A program made the position numbers and the translations under genes. The notes under the pieces were generated by a model. The model saw only the letters and a program-made list of their open reading frames with translations, did not search any database and was not told the origin of the DNA. This document shows positions 28,991 through 37,883 of a stretch of 64,000 nt of DNA, piece after piece (position 1 is the stretch's first letter; each line of letters opens with the position of its first letter). The DNA lies in NCBI GenBank assembly GCA_934086485.1, contig CAKOIF010000001.1:55438-119437 (forward strand), read 5' to 3'. This DNA is from an uncultured Bacilli bacterium (GTDB lineage Bacteria; Bacillota_I; Bacilli_A; RF39; UBA660).

Positions 28991-29451
28991 TAATTTTGAT
29001 TTTATTACTTTTGATAAATACAGTAAATTCTAAAACATTTATAGTTCAAAATACTTTACTTGATAGTTTCACTTTAAGCGAGGATATATCATTAATTATA
29101 CCTTGCATTAATTTTTCAAAAACTTTTGATAAGTCGTCTACTTTAAAGGATAATTTAGAACTTGAAAAGAGTTCAGTTATGCCAAATAAAGAAAATAGTA
29201 CAGTAATTATACTTGGCCATTCTGGTTATAATTTTAATGCCTATTTTAATGATTTATTTGATTTAAAAAAAGGGGATTTTATATATTTAAAATATTTAGG
29301 TAAAACTTATACTTACAAAGTTTTTGATATAGAATATATTAATAAAAATGAATTTTACAAGGTTCAATATAATAAAAATTACTTATATTTAGTTACTTGT
29401 GATTTATATAATTTTAGTAAACAAATTGTTATAAAAAGCTCAAAAATTTAA
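28966..29451 (+). CDS. sortase family transpeptidase
   Basis: TTG start overlapping the upstream gene. Motifs VIILGHSGYNF (His), KKGDFIYL and YLYLVTCD (Cys). Confidence 0.65.
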   Translation: MHQKIKKIIILILLLLINTVNSKTFIVQNTLLDSFTLSEDISLIIPCINFSKTFDKSSTLKDNLELEKSSVMPNKENSTVIILGHSGYNFNAYFNDLFDLKKGDFIYLKYLGKTYTYKVFDIEYINKNEFYKVQYNKNYLYLVTCDLYNFSKQIVIKSSKI

Positions 29452-29491
29452 CTTTTTTGAGTTTTTTTGCATTTTTTTGAAGAAATTTATC

Positions 29492-29537
29492 AAAAAAAGG
29501 AGGAAATCGAGGGGGTAGCGGTAATAATATATATATG
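29492..29537 (+). promoter_or_regulatory. shared alternative-sigma-like promoter motif upstream of dnaG
   Basis: AAAAAAAGGAGGAAATC, 10-nt spacer, CGGTAATAATATATATATG. The same motif occurs at 37115-37159 upstream of comEA. Confidence 0.5.
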
Positions 29538-29550
29538 TAGGGGATAAAAT

Positions 29551-31299
29551 ATGAAGTATATTAATGAAGAAGAAATTAATGCTATAAGAGAAAATGCAAA
29601 TATTGTTGATGTCATTGAAAGTTATGGAATTAAACTCGAGAAAAAAGGTAAAGATAACTATGTATGCTTATGTCCATTTCACGATGATCACAATCCTAAT
29701 ATGATTGTTTCGCAAGCTAAACAAATTTTTACTTGTTTTGGTGGATGTGGAGCTACGGGTAATGTATTTACTTTTGTACAAAAATATGAAAATGTAAGTT
29801 TTATCGAAGCAGTTAAAATAGTTGCCGAAAAATCTCATCAAAACTTTAATTATGATATTAAAAGTTCTACTTCAAATGATAAATTTAGTAAAGAGTATGA
29901 AGTTATGGATTTATCATTAAAGTTATTTCAAAATAATTTAGCTTCGAGTGAGGGTATTAAAGCCAAAGATTACCTTTTTAAAAGAGGTATTACTGAGACA
30001 ATTATTAATGAATTTAAACTTGGACTTTCAATAAGTAATAATAGTTTAAAAAAATTTTTTGAAAGTAAAAATGTTGATTTAGAACTTGCTTATAAAATTG
30101 GTCTTTTAAATAAAGGTGGAACAGAGTATTATGATGTGTTTAATGATCGTATAATGATTCCAATATTTAATCAATCTGGTAAATTATGTGGTTATACAGG
30201 AAGATGTTATTTAAAAGATGAAGAAAATAAATATGTAAACTCAAAAGAAAATGAAATTTATAAAAAAAGTGAAGTATTATTTAACTATTTTAATGCTAAA
30301 AATGAAATAAATAAGTTGAAGGAAATTGTTATTGTCGAAGGTAATATGGATGCAATAACTATGAGTACATATGGAATTAAACATGTATGTGCTTTAATGG
30401 GTGTTGTACTTACAAGTTATCAAATAGACTTTTTAAAAAAACAAAGACTTAAACTGATATTAATGCTTGATAATGATAATGCTGGTAAAACGGCTACCTT
30501 AAAAGTTGGGGACAATTTATATAATGCTGGTATTGATGTTAGAGTAGTAAGACTTTCTGGGGCAAAAGATCCTGATGAATATGTAAGGAAAAATGGAATT
30601 GAGGCTTTAAAAGATAATATTAGTAATGCAAGAAAGTTTATTGATTTTAAAATTGAGGCTTTAAAAGATAACTATGATTTATCATCAGTCGAAGATATTC
30701 AAAAGTATGTAAGAGATGTGCTTGATTCAATAAAAAATCTTAGTGATATTGAAAAAAGTATTATAATAAATCGTTTAAGTGAAACATATCATATAGATGC
30801 AAATATTTTAAAAAAGGATATTACATTTAATGAAAAACCAAAGGTGCAGCAGCCTATTATTAAACAAAAGAAAAAAAGTGGTTATGACCTTGCTGTTTCC
30901 AATATAATTTATGGAATGCTTCAGAATAAAGAATATTATTTTATCTTTGCAAATCGGCTTGGTTATTTAAAAAATAGAGTTGAAAGAATGACAGTTGCAT
31001 ATATAAAGGAGTATATTGATAAATATAATCAAATTGATATTGCAGGATTTTTAGATTATGTGGTAAAATATGAAGATGTTTATGCTTTTGTAAGTGATGT
31101 TTTATCTAATAATGATAAAGAAATATCAGAAAAATGGTTTCTGGAAGCACTTGATAGAGCAAATAATGAAATAGATAAAATGGATTTAAAACAAAAAAAA
31201 TATAATGCACAAAATGAAATGGACGCAAATATGAAAATAAATGATGCCCAAAAGTGGCTTGAAAAAAGAAGAAAAATAGAGTATGAGGAAAGGATGTAG
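29551..31299 (+). CDS. dnaG: DNA primase
   Basis: Zinc finger [11 protein letters not shown]...CFGCG and Toprim motif [10 protein letters not shown]. Confidence 0.9.
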   Translation: MKYINEEEINAIRENANIVDVIESYGIKLEKKGKDNYVCLCPFHDDHNPNMIVSQAKQIFTCFGGCGATGNVFTFVQKYENVSFIEAVKIVAEKSHQNFNYDIKSSTSNDKFSKEYEVMDLSLKLFQNNLASSEGIKAKDYLFKRGITETIINEFKLGLSISNNSLKKFFESKNVDLELAYKIGLLNKGGTEYYDVFNDRIMIPIFNQSGKLCGYTGRCYLKDEENKYVNSKENEIYKKSEVLFNYFNAKNEINKLKEIVIVEGNMDAITMSTYGIKHVCALMGVVLTSYQIDFLKKQRLKLILMLDNDNAGKTATLKVGDNLYNAGIDVRVVRLSGAKDPDEYVRKNGIEALKDNISNARKFIDFKIEALKDNYDLSSVEDIQKYVRDVLDSIKNLSDIEKSIIINRLSETYHIDANILKKDITFNEKPKVQQPIIKQKKKSGYDLAVSNIIYGMLQNKEYYFIFANRLGYLKNRVERMTVAYIKEYIDKYNQIDIAGFLDYVVKYEDVYAFVSDVLSNNDKEISEKWFLEALDRANNEIDKMDLKQKKYNAQNEMDANMKINDAQKWLEKRRKIEYEERM

Positions 31300-31304
31300 T
31301 AAAT

Positions 31305-32417
31305 ATGAAAGAAATTAAAACATTTAAAGAAAGGGAAGAAGAATTAATTAAAGAGGGGGAAGCCAAAGGTTATATTACTTATGAAATGCTTGCAGAAAAG
31401 TTAAAAGGGTTAGAAATTGATAATGATCTTTTAGATGAACTTTATAACAAATTACTTGAGCATAATATAACAGTTATATCAGGCGATGATGTATCCTCAA
31501 GTGGGGGAAATGTAGAAAAAGTACTCGAAGAAGTTAAAGATGAAGAAAATCTAATTTTAAATGACGAAGAAATTACTAAGGATGTAAATATTAATGATCC
31601 AGTAAGAATGTATTTAAAAGAAATAGGTAGAATTCCACTTCTTACACCTGATGAAGAACTTGCTTTATCAGAAAGAATTAATAATAATGATGAAGATGCC
31701 AAAAGAATACTTGCAGAAAGTAACCTTCGTCTTGTTGTATCAATTGCCAAAAGATATGTAGGAAGAGGTCTACTTTTCCTTGACCTTATTCAAGAGGGTA
31801 ACATTGGTCTTATGAAAGCAGTAGATAAATTTGACTCTAACAGGGGATATAAATTTTCTACTTATGCTACTTGGTGGATTAGACAAGCAATAACAAGAGC
31901 CCTTGCTGATCAAGCTAGAACAATTCGTGTACCAGTACATATGGTTGAAACAATTAATAAAATGGTAAGAGTTCAAAGACAATTAACACTTGAACTTAAT
32001 AGAGAACCTTCTGAAGAAGAAATTGCTAAAAAAATGAATGTTAGCATTGATAAGGTTCGTGAAGTAATTAAAATTAGTCAAGATCCGGTTTCACTTGAAA
32101 CACCAATTGGTGAAGAAGATGATTCTCATTTAGGAGATTTTATCAAGGACGAAAGTTCACTTTCACCAGAGGAATATACCGAAAATGAAATCTTAAAAGA
32201 GGAAATTGATGATGTACTTCAAAGCCTTCAACCAAGAGAGCAAGAAGTATTACGTCTTCGTTTTGGACTTAAGGATGGTACTTGTCATACTCTTGAGGAA
32301 GTCGGTAAAAAGTTTAATGTAACAAGAGAAAGAATTCGTCAAATTGAGGCAAAAGCCCTTCGTAAATTACGTCATCCTTCAAGAGCTAAAAAACTAAGAG
32401 ATTTTATGGAGGAATAA
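31305..32417 (+). CDS. rpoD: RNA polymerase primary sigma factor
   Basis: Regions 2-4 are conserved ([51 protein letters not shown]). Confidence 0.95.
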   Translation: MKEIKTFKEREEELIKEGEAKGYITYEMLAEKLKGLEIDNDLLDELYNKLLEHNITVISGDDVSSSGGNVEKVLEEVKDEENLILNDEEITKDVNINDPVRMYLKEIGRIPLLTPDEELALSERINNNDEDAKRILAESNLRLVVSIAKRYVGRGLLFLDLIQEGNIGLMKAVDKFDSNRGYKFSTYATWWIRQAITRALADQARTIRVPVHMVETINKMVRVQRQLTLELNREPSEEEIAKKMNVSIDKVREVIKISQDPVSLETPIGEEDDSHLGDFIKDESSLSPEEYTENEILKEEIDDVLQSLQPREQEVLRLRFGLKDGTCHTLEEVGKKFNVTRERIRQIEAKALRKLRHPSRAKKLRDFMEE

Positions 32418-33025
32418 TGAAAAGCCTTCGCCTTGAGGCGGTAGCATCACTTGTAAAAGAAAATTCTAATGTTTTAGATGTTGGAACAGACCATGCATAT
32501 TTGCCAATTATTTTATCTAAGTCTGGAAAATGTCAAAGTATAATTGCAAGTGATGTATCAAATAATGCTCTTTCTTATGGAGAGGCTAATTTAAAAAAAT
32601 ATCATATTACTAATGTAAAGTTAGTATTATCTGATGGACTTAAAAATATAAGGGATAAATATGATACTTTAACAATTTGTGGTATGGGAACATACACTAT
32701 AATTGATATTTTGAAAAGTGGTTATTTACCAGAAAATATTATTATAAGTTCAAATAATGATTTATATACTTTAAGATGTTATTTAAATAGTATTGAATAT
32801 AAAATTAATAAAGAAATAATAGTTTATGAAAACGGAAAATATTATGACATTATTTCATATGAAAAAGGTAAAGAAAAACTTTTTTATTATCAAAAAATGT
32901 ATGGTAAAAGTAACGATAAAAATTACTTAAAATATTTACTTCATAAAGAAACTCATATTTTTAAAAAGAGTAAAAACTTTAAAACACTTAAAAATATTAT
33001 CTATTTATTTATAAAAACTATTTAA
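32417..33025 (+). CDS. trmK: tRNA (adenine22-N1)-methyltransferase
   Basis: VLDVGTDHAYLPI SAM motif. Position after rpoD matches Bacillus. Confidence 0.75.
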   Translation: MKSLRLEAVASLVKENSNVLDVGTDHAYLPIILSKSGKCQSIIASDVSNNALSYGEANLKKYHITNVKLVLSDGLKNIRDKYDTLTICGMGTYTIIDILKSGYLPENIIISSNNDLYTLRCYLNSIEYKINKEIIVYENGKYYDIISYEKGKEKLFYYQKMYGKSNDKNYLKYLLHKETHIFKKSKNFKTLKNIIYLFIKTI

Positions 33026-33281
33026 AAAATGTGGGGTTATTAATAAGACTACTTTCTATAGTAGTTTTTATTGTGGAAGAATTTACCTCTTTTGTACTTT
33101 CACTTACTTTAGAACCTCGGTTTAGAGAATTTAATATTTTTGGTAGATTTTTAGCACTTCCAATCATTGGCTTTACACTTTCATAAAGGGGAATTACTTC
33201 TTTAGCAATATTAATTGATTTAGAAAGACCAGATAATACTTTAGCTAAAGTTATTCCCGAAGATATTACATTTGAAAACAT
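33018..33281 (-). CDS. small VrrA/YqfQ-like protein
   Basis: 87 aa, convergent with trmK. The P-x-x-x-x-K-P...KNLP..L motif resembles YqfQ. This is a weak call. Confidence 0.4.
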   Translation of the reverse strand: MFSNVISSGITLAKVLSGLSKSINIAKEVIPLYESVKPMIGSAKNLPKILNSLNRGSKVSESTKEVNSSTIKTTIESSLINNPTFFK

Positions 33282-33319
33282 ATTTTTTCACCTATTTAAT
33301 TATATGATAAAAGTTTATT

Positions 33320-33444
33320 AAATGTTTCAAAAAACATAGACAATAGTAATTATTTTTGATATATTTAATTTGCTCGGAAAAAATAAGTTCTTTATATGTA
33401 ATAAAATGACTTTAAAATCACACACCTTAGAAAGGTATATAACT
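33320..33444 (+). promoter_or_regulatory. conserved promoter plus 5' leader module, copy 3 (TAGACA 33337-33342, 17-nt spacer, TATATT 33360-33365)
   Basis: Homologous to 6250-6367, including the upstream AAATGTTTCAAAAAA block. Confidence 0.65.
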
Positions 33445-34307
33445 ATGTTTAATAATCTTTACTCTAATTCAGGATTCCTACTTGATTTAGCTTTTAAAAA
33501 AATATTTCTTGAAACACCACAACTACTTAACTATGTATATAATTATACCTTAGAATTACTTGATCTACCAATAGACAATAGTATTCATTTACTTGATAAC
33601 AATGTAAATGATAATATAAATATTAAAAATAGAGAATCAGATTTACTTTATGAATCAGATAATTATTTAGTAAATATCGAAGGCAATTGTCAAACTTCAA
33701 TAAGTGTTAATTTAAAAACTTATCATATCTATGTGCTTTACTTTTAAGACAGGTAAAACCTAGTGATGCGGATAAAGTTAAAAAAGTATTGCAAATTAAT
33801 ATAAATAATAAAAGTCCGTTTAAAACAAAAAATTTTATAAATATAACTGAATTAATTGATAGTATAACTAATGAAGTAAGAAATGAACTTTTTTTTATAG
33901 TCGATTTTAATCTTGAAAATAGTTATAATATGACATATAATGAAATTGCTAGTTTACCGGGTGATGACCCAAGAAAGATATTTTATGTATTTACAAGTGA
34001 AAATAATGATAAATATTATGAGTTATATAAAAATAATAAACTAGGTCAATTAATATTAAGGAGGATGGAATATATGGTAGAAAATTTTGATGCAATATTT
34101 TATTATGATATAGATAAATTTAATGAGCAAGTAGCCAAAGAAGTTGGTTTTGAAGAAGGTAAAACTGCAGGAATGGCTATTGGTATAGACAAAGGCAAAA
34201 AAGAAATAATTTTAAATCTACTAAAAGCAGGGATGAATGAATTAGATATTATGAAGTACTTAGGTATCACTGAAAGTGATCTTGAGGAAATTACAAAGTG
34301 TAAGTAA
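33445..34307 (+). pseudogene. Rpn/YhgA-like nuclease paralog, frameshifted
   Basis: Collinear with 6368..7288 but split into two frames (33445-33747 and 33789-34307). There is a one-nt difference in an A tract (A5 at 33714-33718 versus A6 in the intact copy). Confidence 0.7.
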
Positions 34308-34397
34308 ATAACTTATACTTTTTTTGTTAATATTAATTTGTACCCCTAGAATAATAAAAAAAATTATGGTATACTTTTTTATAGTAGGGAGATTGCA

Positions 34398-35966
34398 ATG
34401 GAAGAAGCAAAGAAAAAAAATAATATAATATTAGACTTTATTACCTCATTTATATATATACCTGTATATTCATTACTTGGAATTAAATTCATTTTATGGG
34501 ATATGTGGGTAATGCTATTTAATTATTTTGCTTGGCAACTTGATAAAACGGTTAATGGAAAAGCCGATAAAGTTGAAACTAAAGAAGAGCAAGAACTTTT
34601 ATATCAAAAAACTAAAGGTAGAAAGAAAAAGAAACAAAGAGTATATAATTATAGTAAAAGAACTTTAGCAAGATATGAAAAAATGAAAATAGAACTTGCT
34701 AACGACTTAAGAACAAGTGGAGCCACTCGCAGTAAAACACCAAATGTTTATCAATTTACGGTAAGAAATGTTCAAGGTGATGGTCAAATATTTACGGCTA
34801 CAATGTCTGGGCTTTCTAAACTTGATATTAATGCATTTTTAGTAAATAAGGGTTATGAAGTTTATCAAATAAAAACAAGTAAGTTAATCAATTTTTTAAA
34901 TGCAGATTCTTCATTTATATCAAGAGAAATGTCTAAAAAAGATTTAATATTCTTTTTAACACAGCTTTCCACTTATTTAAAAGCGGGTATTACTTTAAAT
35001 GAAGGTATGAAAATATTAACTACGCAAATGAATAAAAATAAGAATAGGCAGAGAGTATTTGAATCAATTTGTTATGAACTTCAACTTGGAGAAACATTCT
35101 CAAATGCCCTTGCAAAACAAGGTAATTTATTTCCAGCACTTCTTATTAATATGATAAAGGCTGCTGAGGCGACAGGTACTTTGCAAGAAACTTTGGATGA
35201 TATGGCTAATTACTATACCGAAGTTAATAATACACATAAAGAAATGGTTAGTGCTTTGACATACCCAGCAATTATAATGATTTTTGCTGTAGCAGTAGTA
35301 ACGTTTATCGTGGTTTACGTTGTTCCTCAGTTTTCAACTATCTATGATACAATGGGACTTACTGTAAGCGGTATGACACTATTTTTAATAAATTTAAGTG
35401 CTTTTTTAACAAATAATTTATTTTTGGTTATTATGATTTTGGTGGCCTTAATTTTAGTAAATGTTATAATGTATAAAAAAGTTAAAATGTATCGAGTATT
35501 TATTCAAGAAATAACAATGAAATTACCGGTTATTAAAAATATTATAATATATAATGAGATTGCTATTTTTGCTAAAACATTTGCCTCACTTTTAAGAAAT
35601 AATGTATTTATTACGGAGAGTATGGGAATACTTAGTAAAATTACCAATAATGAAATATATAAAGCAATTATGTATAAAACAATTGATAATATAGTTATGG
35701 GTGAAAAAATATCTGATGCCTTTAAAGACCACTGGGCTGTTCCAGATGTCGCTTATTATATGATAGTTACTGGTGAATCCACTGGTCAACTTGCGGATAT
35801 GATGCAAAAGGTAAGTGATTATTATCAAGTTATGCATAAAAATACAGTTAATGCTTTAAAGAGTTTAGTAGAGCCAGTAATGATTGTCTTTTTAGCAATT
35901 GTAGTTGGTGGTATCTTACTTGCGGTAATTGTTCCAATGTTTAGTGCATATAATCAAATTTTATAA
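34398..35966 (+). CDS. type II secretion/type IV pilus platform protein (GspF/PilC/ComGB family) with N-terminal extension
   Basis: Two GspF-type repeats and 3+ TM segments. An extra ~120-aa N-terminal region has a TM hairpin and a K/R-rich stretch. Confidence 0.8.
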   Translation: MEEAKKKNNIILDFITSFIYIPVYSLLGIKFILWDMWVMLFNYFAWQLDKTVNGKADKVETKEEQELLYQKTKGRKKKKQRVYNYSKRTLARYEKMKIELANDLRTSGATRSKTPNVYQFTVRNVQGDGQIFTATMSGLSKLDINAFLVNKGYEVYQIKTSKLINFLNADSSFISREMSKKDLIFFLTQLSTYLKAGITLNEGMKILTTQMNKNKNRQRVFESICYELQLGETFSNALAKQGNLFPALLINMIKAAEATGTLQETLDDMANYYTEVNNTHKEMVSALTYPAIIMIFAVAVVTFIVVYVVPQFSTIYDTMGLTVSGMTLFLINLSAFLTNNLFLVIMILVALILVNVIMYKKVKMYRVFIQEITMKLPVIKNIIIYNEIAIFAKTFASLLRNNVFITESMGILSKITNNEIYKAIMYKTIDNIVMGEKISDAFKDHWAVPDVAYYMIVTGESTGQLADMMQKVSDYYQVMHKNTVNALKSLVEPVMIVFLAIVVGGILLAVIVPMFSAYNQIL

Positions 35967-35975
35967 GAGGAATTT

Positions 35976-36722
35976 ATGGAAGTATTATTATTTATAATTG
36001 GTGCGTGCTTAGGGTCTTTTTACCTTGTTGTGGGTAAAAGACTTCCTATAAACGAAGATATACTTTTTTCAAGAAGTAGATGTGATAAGTGTAAGAAAAA
36101 TTTAAAATGGTATGATTTAATACCTATTTTTTCTTATGTATTTTTGAAAGGAAAATGTAGATATTGTGGTGAAAAAATTAGTCCTATTAATTTAATTGTC
36201 GAAATATCTATGGGACTTTTGTTTGCTTTAGGCTATCATTTTATACCAATTGGCTATAATTTTTATGCATATTTGGTACTTACTAGTTTAATGATACTTA
36301 TTTTTATTTCTGATTTTTCATATTATATTATTTTAGATTCACCACTTATAATATCAAGTATTTTACTATTTATATTAAAATTTATCTATTTTGGATATAA
36401 AGATGCTTTATTAAGTTTAATAAGTGGAATATTTCTTTTTCTTGTTATGTATTTGATAAAAATTATTGGTGATAAAATTTTCAAAAGAGAAAGTCTTGGT
36501 GGGGGAGATATTAAACTTGCCTTTGTTATTGGCTATACCTTAGGATTTAGACTTTCACTTATTGCTTTAATATTATCATCATTTTTGGCACTTCCTTATT
36601 CAGTTGCCTCATTAAAACTACAAAAAAATAATGAAGTACCATTTGGACCTTTCCTAGTATCTTCATTATTTATAGTTTTTCTTTTTCAAGATAAGTTTGT
36701 TAATATTTTAGGTTTATTTTAA
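35976..36722 (+). CDS. prepilin peptidase (A24 family)
   Basis: N-terminal Cys-rich motif (CDKC...CRYC). Polytopic membrane protein with GGGDIKL catalytic Asp motif. Confidence 0.85.
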   Translation: MEVLLFIIGACLGSFYLVVGKRLPINEDILFSRSRCDKCKKNLKWYDLIPIFSYVFLKGKCRYCGEKISPINLIVEISMGLLFALGYHFIPIGYNFYAYLVLTSLMILIFISDFSYYIILDSPLIISSILLFILKFIYFGYKDALLSLISGIFLFLVMYLIKIIGDKIFKRESLGGGDIKLAFVIGYTLGFRLSLIALILSSFLALPYSVASLKLQKNNEVPFGPFLVSSLFIVFLFQDKFVNILGLF

Positions 36723-36814
36723 CTTGCAAGGTAAGCAAGAAGTCCCGCAACTACAGAACCAACCATTAATATTAATAATGACCACGCAATAAATTGTTTA
36801 TCTTTCTTTCTCAT
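36719..36814 (-). CDS. possible 31-aa small membrane protein
   Basis: Not in the ORF track. Translation by hand gives MRKKDKQFIAWSLLILMVGSVVAGLLAYLAS. RBS AAAGGAA upstream. Locally GC-richer than the surrounding spacer. Confidence 0.35.
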   Translation of the reverse strand: MRKKDKQFIAWSLLILMVGSVVAGLLAYLAS

Positions 36815-36947
36815 ATTAATTCCTTTCTTTAATTAAATCGAAACCCACACTCATCCTTGAGTACATTAATAATAACATATATTTTTCACTTTGTAAATTA
36901 CTCAATTTGAGTAATTTTTTAAAAATTATTTTAAAATGTATAATTTT

Positions 36948-36990
36948 AGTATTTATCTAGTATTATTTTTTATAAATTATAACTTTTTTG
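36948..36990. repeat. orphan, degenerate copy of the switch left flank and left arm
   Basis: AGTATTTATCTAGTATTATTTTTTATAAATTATAACTTTTTT matches 9095-9138 at about 35 of 43 positions, and 2956-3000 similarly. Confidence 0.55.
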
Positions 36991-37060
36991 AATACAAATA
37001 AATTAATTATTTTACATTGCTTTACAAAAACGCATGTAAATACTTTACAAAAAATAATTT

Positions 37061-37095
37061 GCCTAATATATGCCAAAAATTAGGCATTTTTTAAT
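37061..37095 (+). terminator. orphan hairpin plus T-run in the comEA upstream spacer
   Basis: GCCTAAT-atatgccaaaa-ATTAGGC followed by TTTTTTAATTTTTT. The nearest upstream plus-strand CDS ends 340 bp away. Confidence 0.45.
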
Positions 37096-37114
37096 TTTTT
37101 AAAAAAAACTTTTT

Positions 37115-37159
37115 AAAAAAAGGAGGAAATCATAAATTTTCCGGTAATAAATATATATG
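37115..37159 (+). promoter_or_regulatory. shared alternative-sigma-like promoter motif upstream of comEA
   Basis: AAAAAAAGGAGGAAATC, 10-nt spacer, CGGTAATAAATATATATG. Matches the motif at 29492-29537. Confidence 0.5.
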
Positions 37160-37172
37160 AAAGGAGGAATTT

Positions 37173-37883
37173 ATGATTAAGAAATATTTGAATACTTTTC
37201 TAATAAGTTTTGTTATATTACTTATTATTATTCAGTATGGATTATTTGTTTATTTTTACTATGTAAAAAGCTTTAAAAGTGAAAATGCGAGTCAAGTTCA
37301 GGAAAGTGTTGAAACATTTGATGAAGAACCTAATGAAAAAGAAAAACTTTCAGAATTTTATGTAGAAATAAAAGGTGCTGTAAATAGTCCTGGAGTATTT
37401 AAAGTAACTAGTGATAACATTATTAATGATGCTATAAATATGGCTGGTGGCTTAAAAAATAATGCTTATACTAAAAATATTAACTTAAGTAAAAATGTTT
37501 CAAAAGAAATGGTAGTATATGTTTATACAAATTATGAATATAGTTTACTTAATACTAAAGAAGAAAAAACTACTGAATGTAATTGTCCAAAACAAGATAT
37601 TTCTGCTTGTACTGATAAGGGAGCATCAATTATAACTAGTGATGAAAATAAACCCGAAGAACTTCCAGATAGTAATAGTGAAGTGGAAAATAGTAAAGTA
37701 AATATTAATAATGCCACAAAGGAAATGCTAACATCTTTATCTGGAATAGGTGATGCCAAAGCTCAAAAGATTATTGATTATCGTAATGAAAATGGTTTAT
37801 TTAAATCTATTGAAGATATTAAAAATGTAACAGGAATATCAGAAAAGTTATTTGAACAAATCAAAGAGTTTATTACAATATGA
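37173..37883 (+). CDS. comEA: competence protein ComEA (DNA receptor)
   Basis: N-terminal TM segment, SLBB-like segment and C-terminal helix-hairpin-helix (INNATKEMLTSLSGIGDAKAQKIIDYRNENGLFKSIEDI). Confidence 0.8.
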   Translation: MIKKYLNTFLISFVILLIIIQYGLFVYFYYVKSFKSENASQVQESVETFDEEPNEKEKLSEFYVEIKGAVNSPGVFKVTSDNIINDAINMAGGLKNNAYTKNINLSKNVSKEMVVYVYTNYEYSLLNTKEEKTTECNCPKQDISACTDKGASIITSDENKPEELPDSNSEVENSKVNINNATKEMLTSLSGIGDAKAQKIIDYRNENGLFKSIEDIKNVTGISEKLFEQIKEFITI

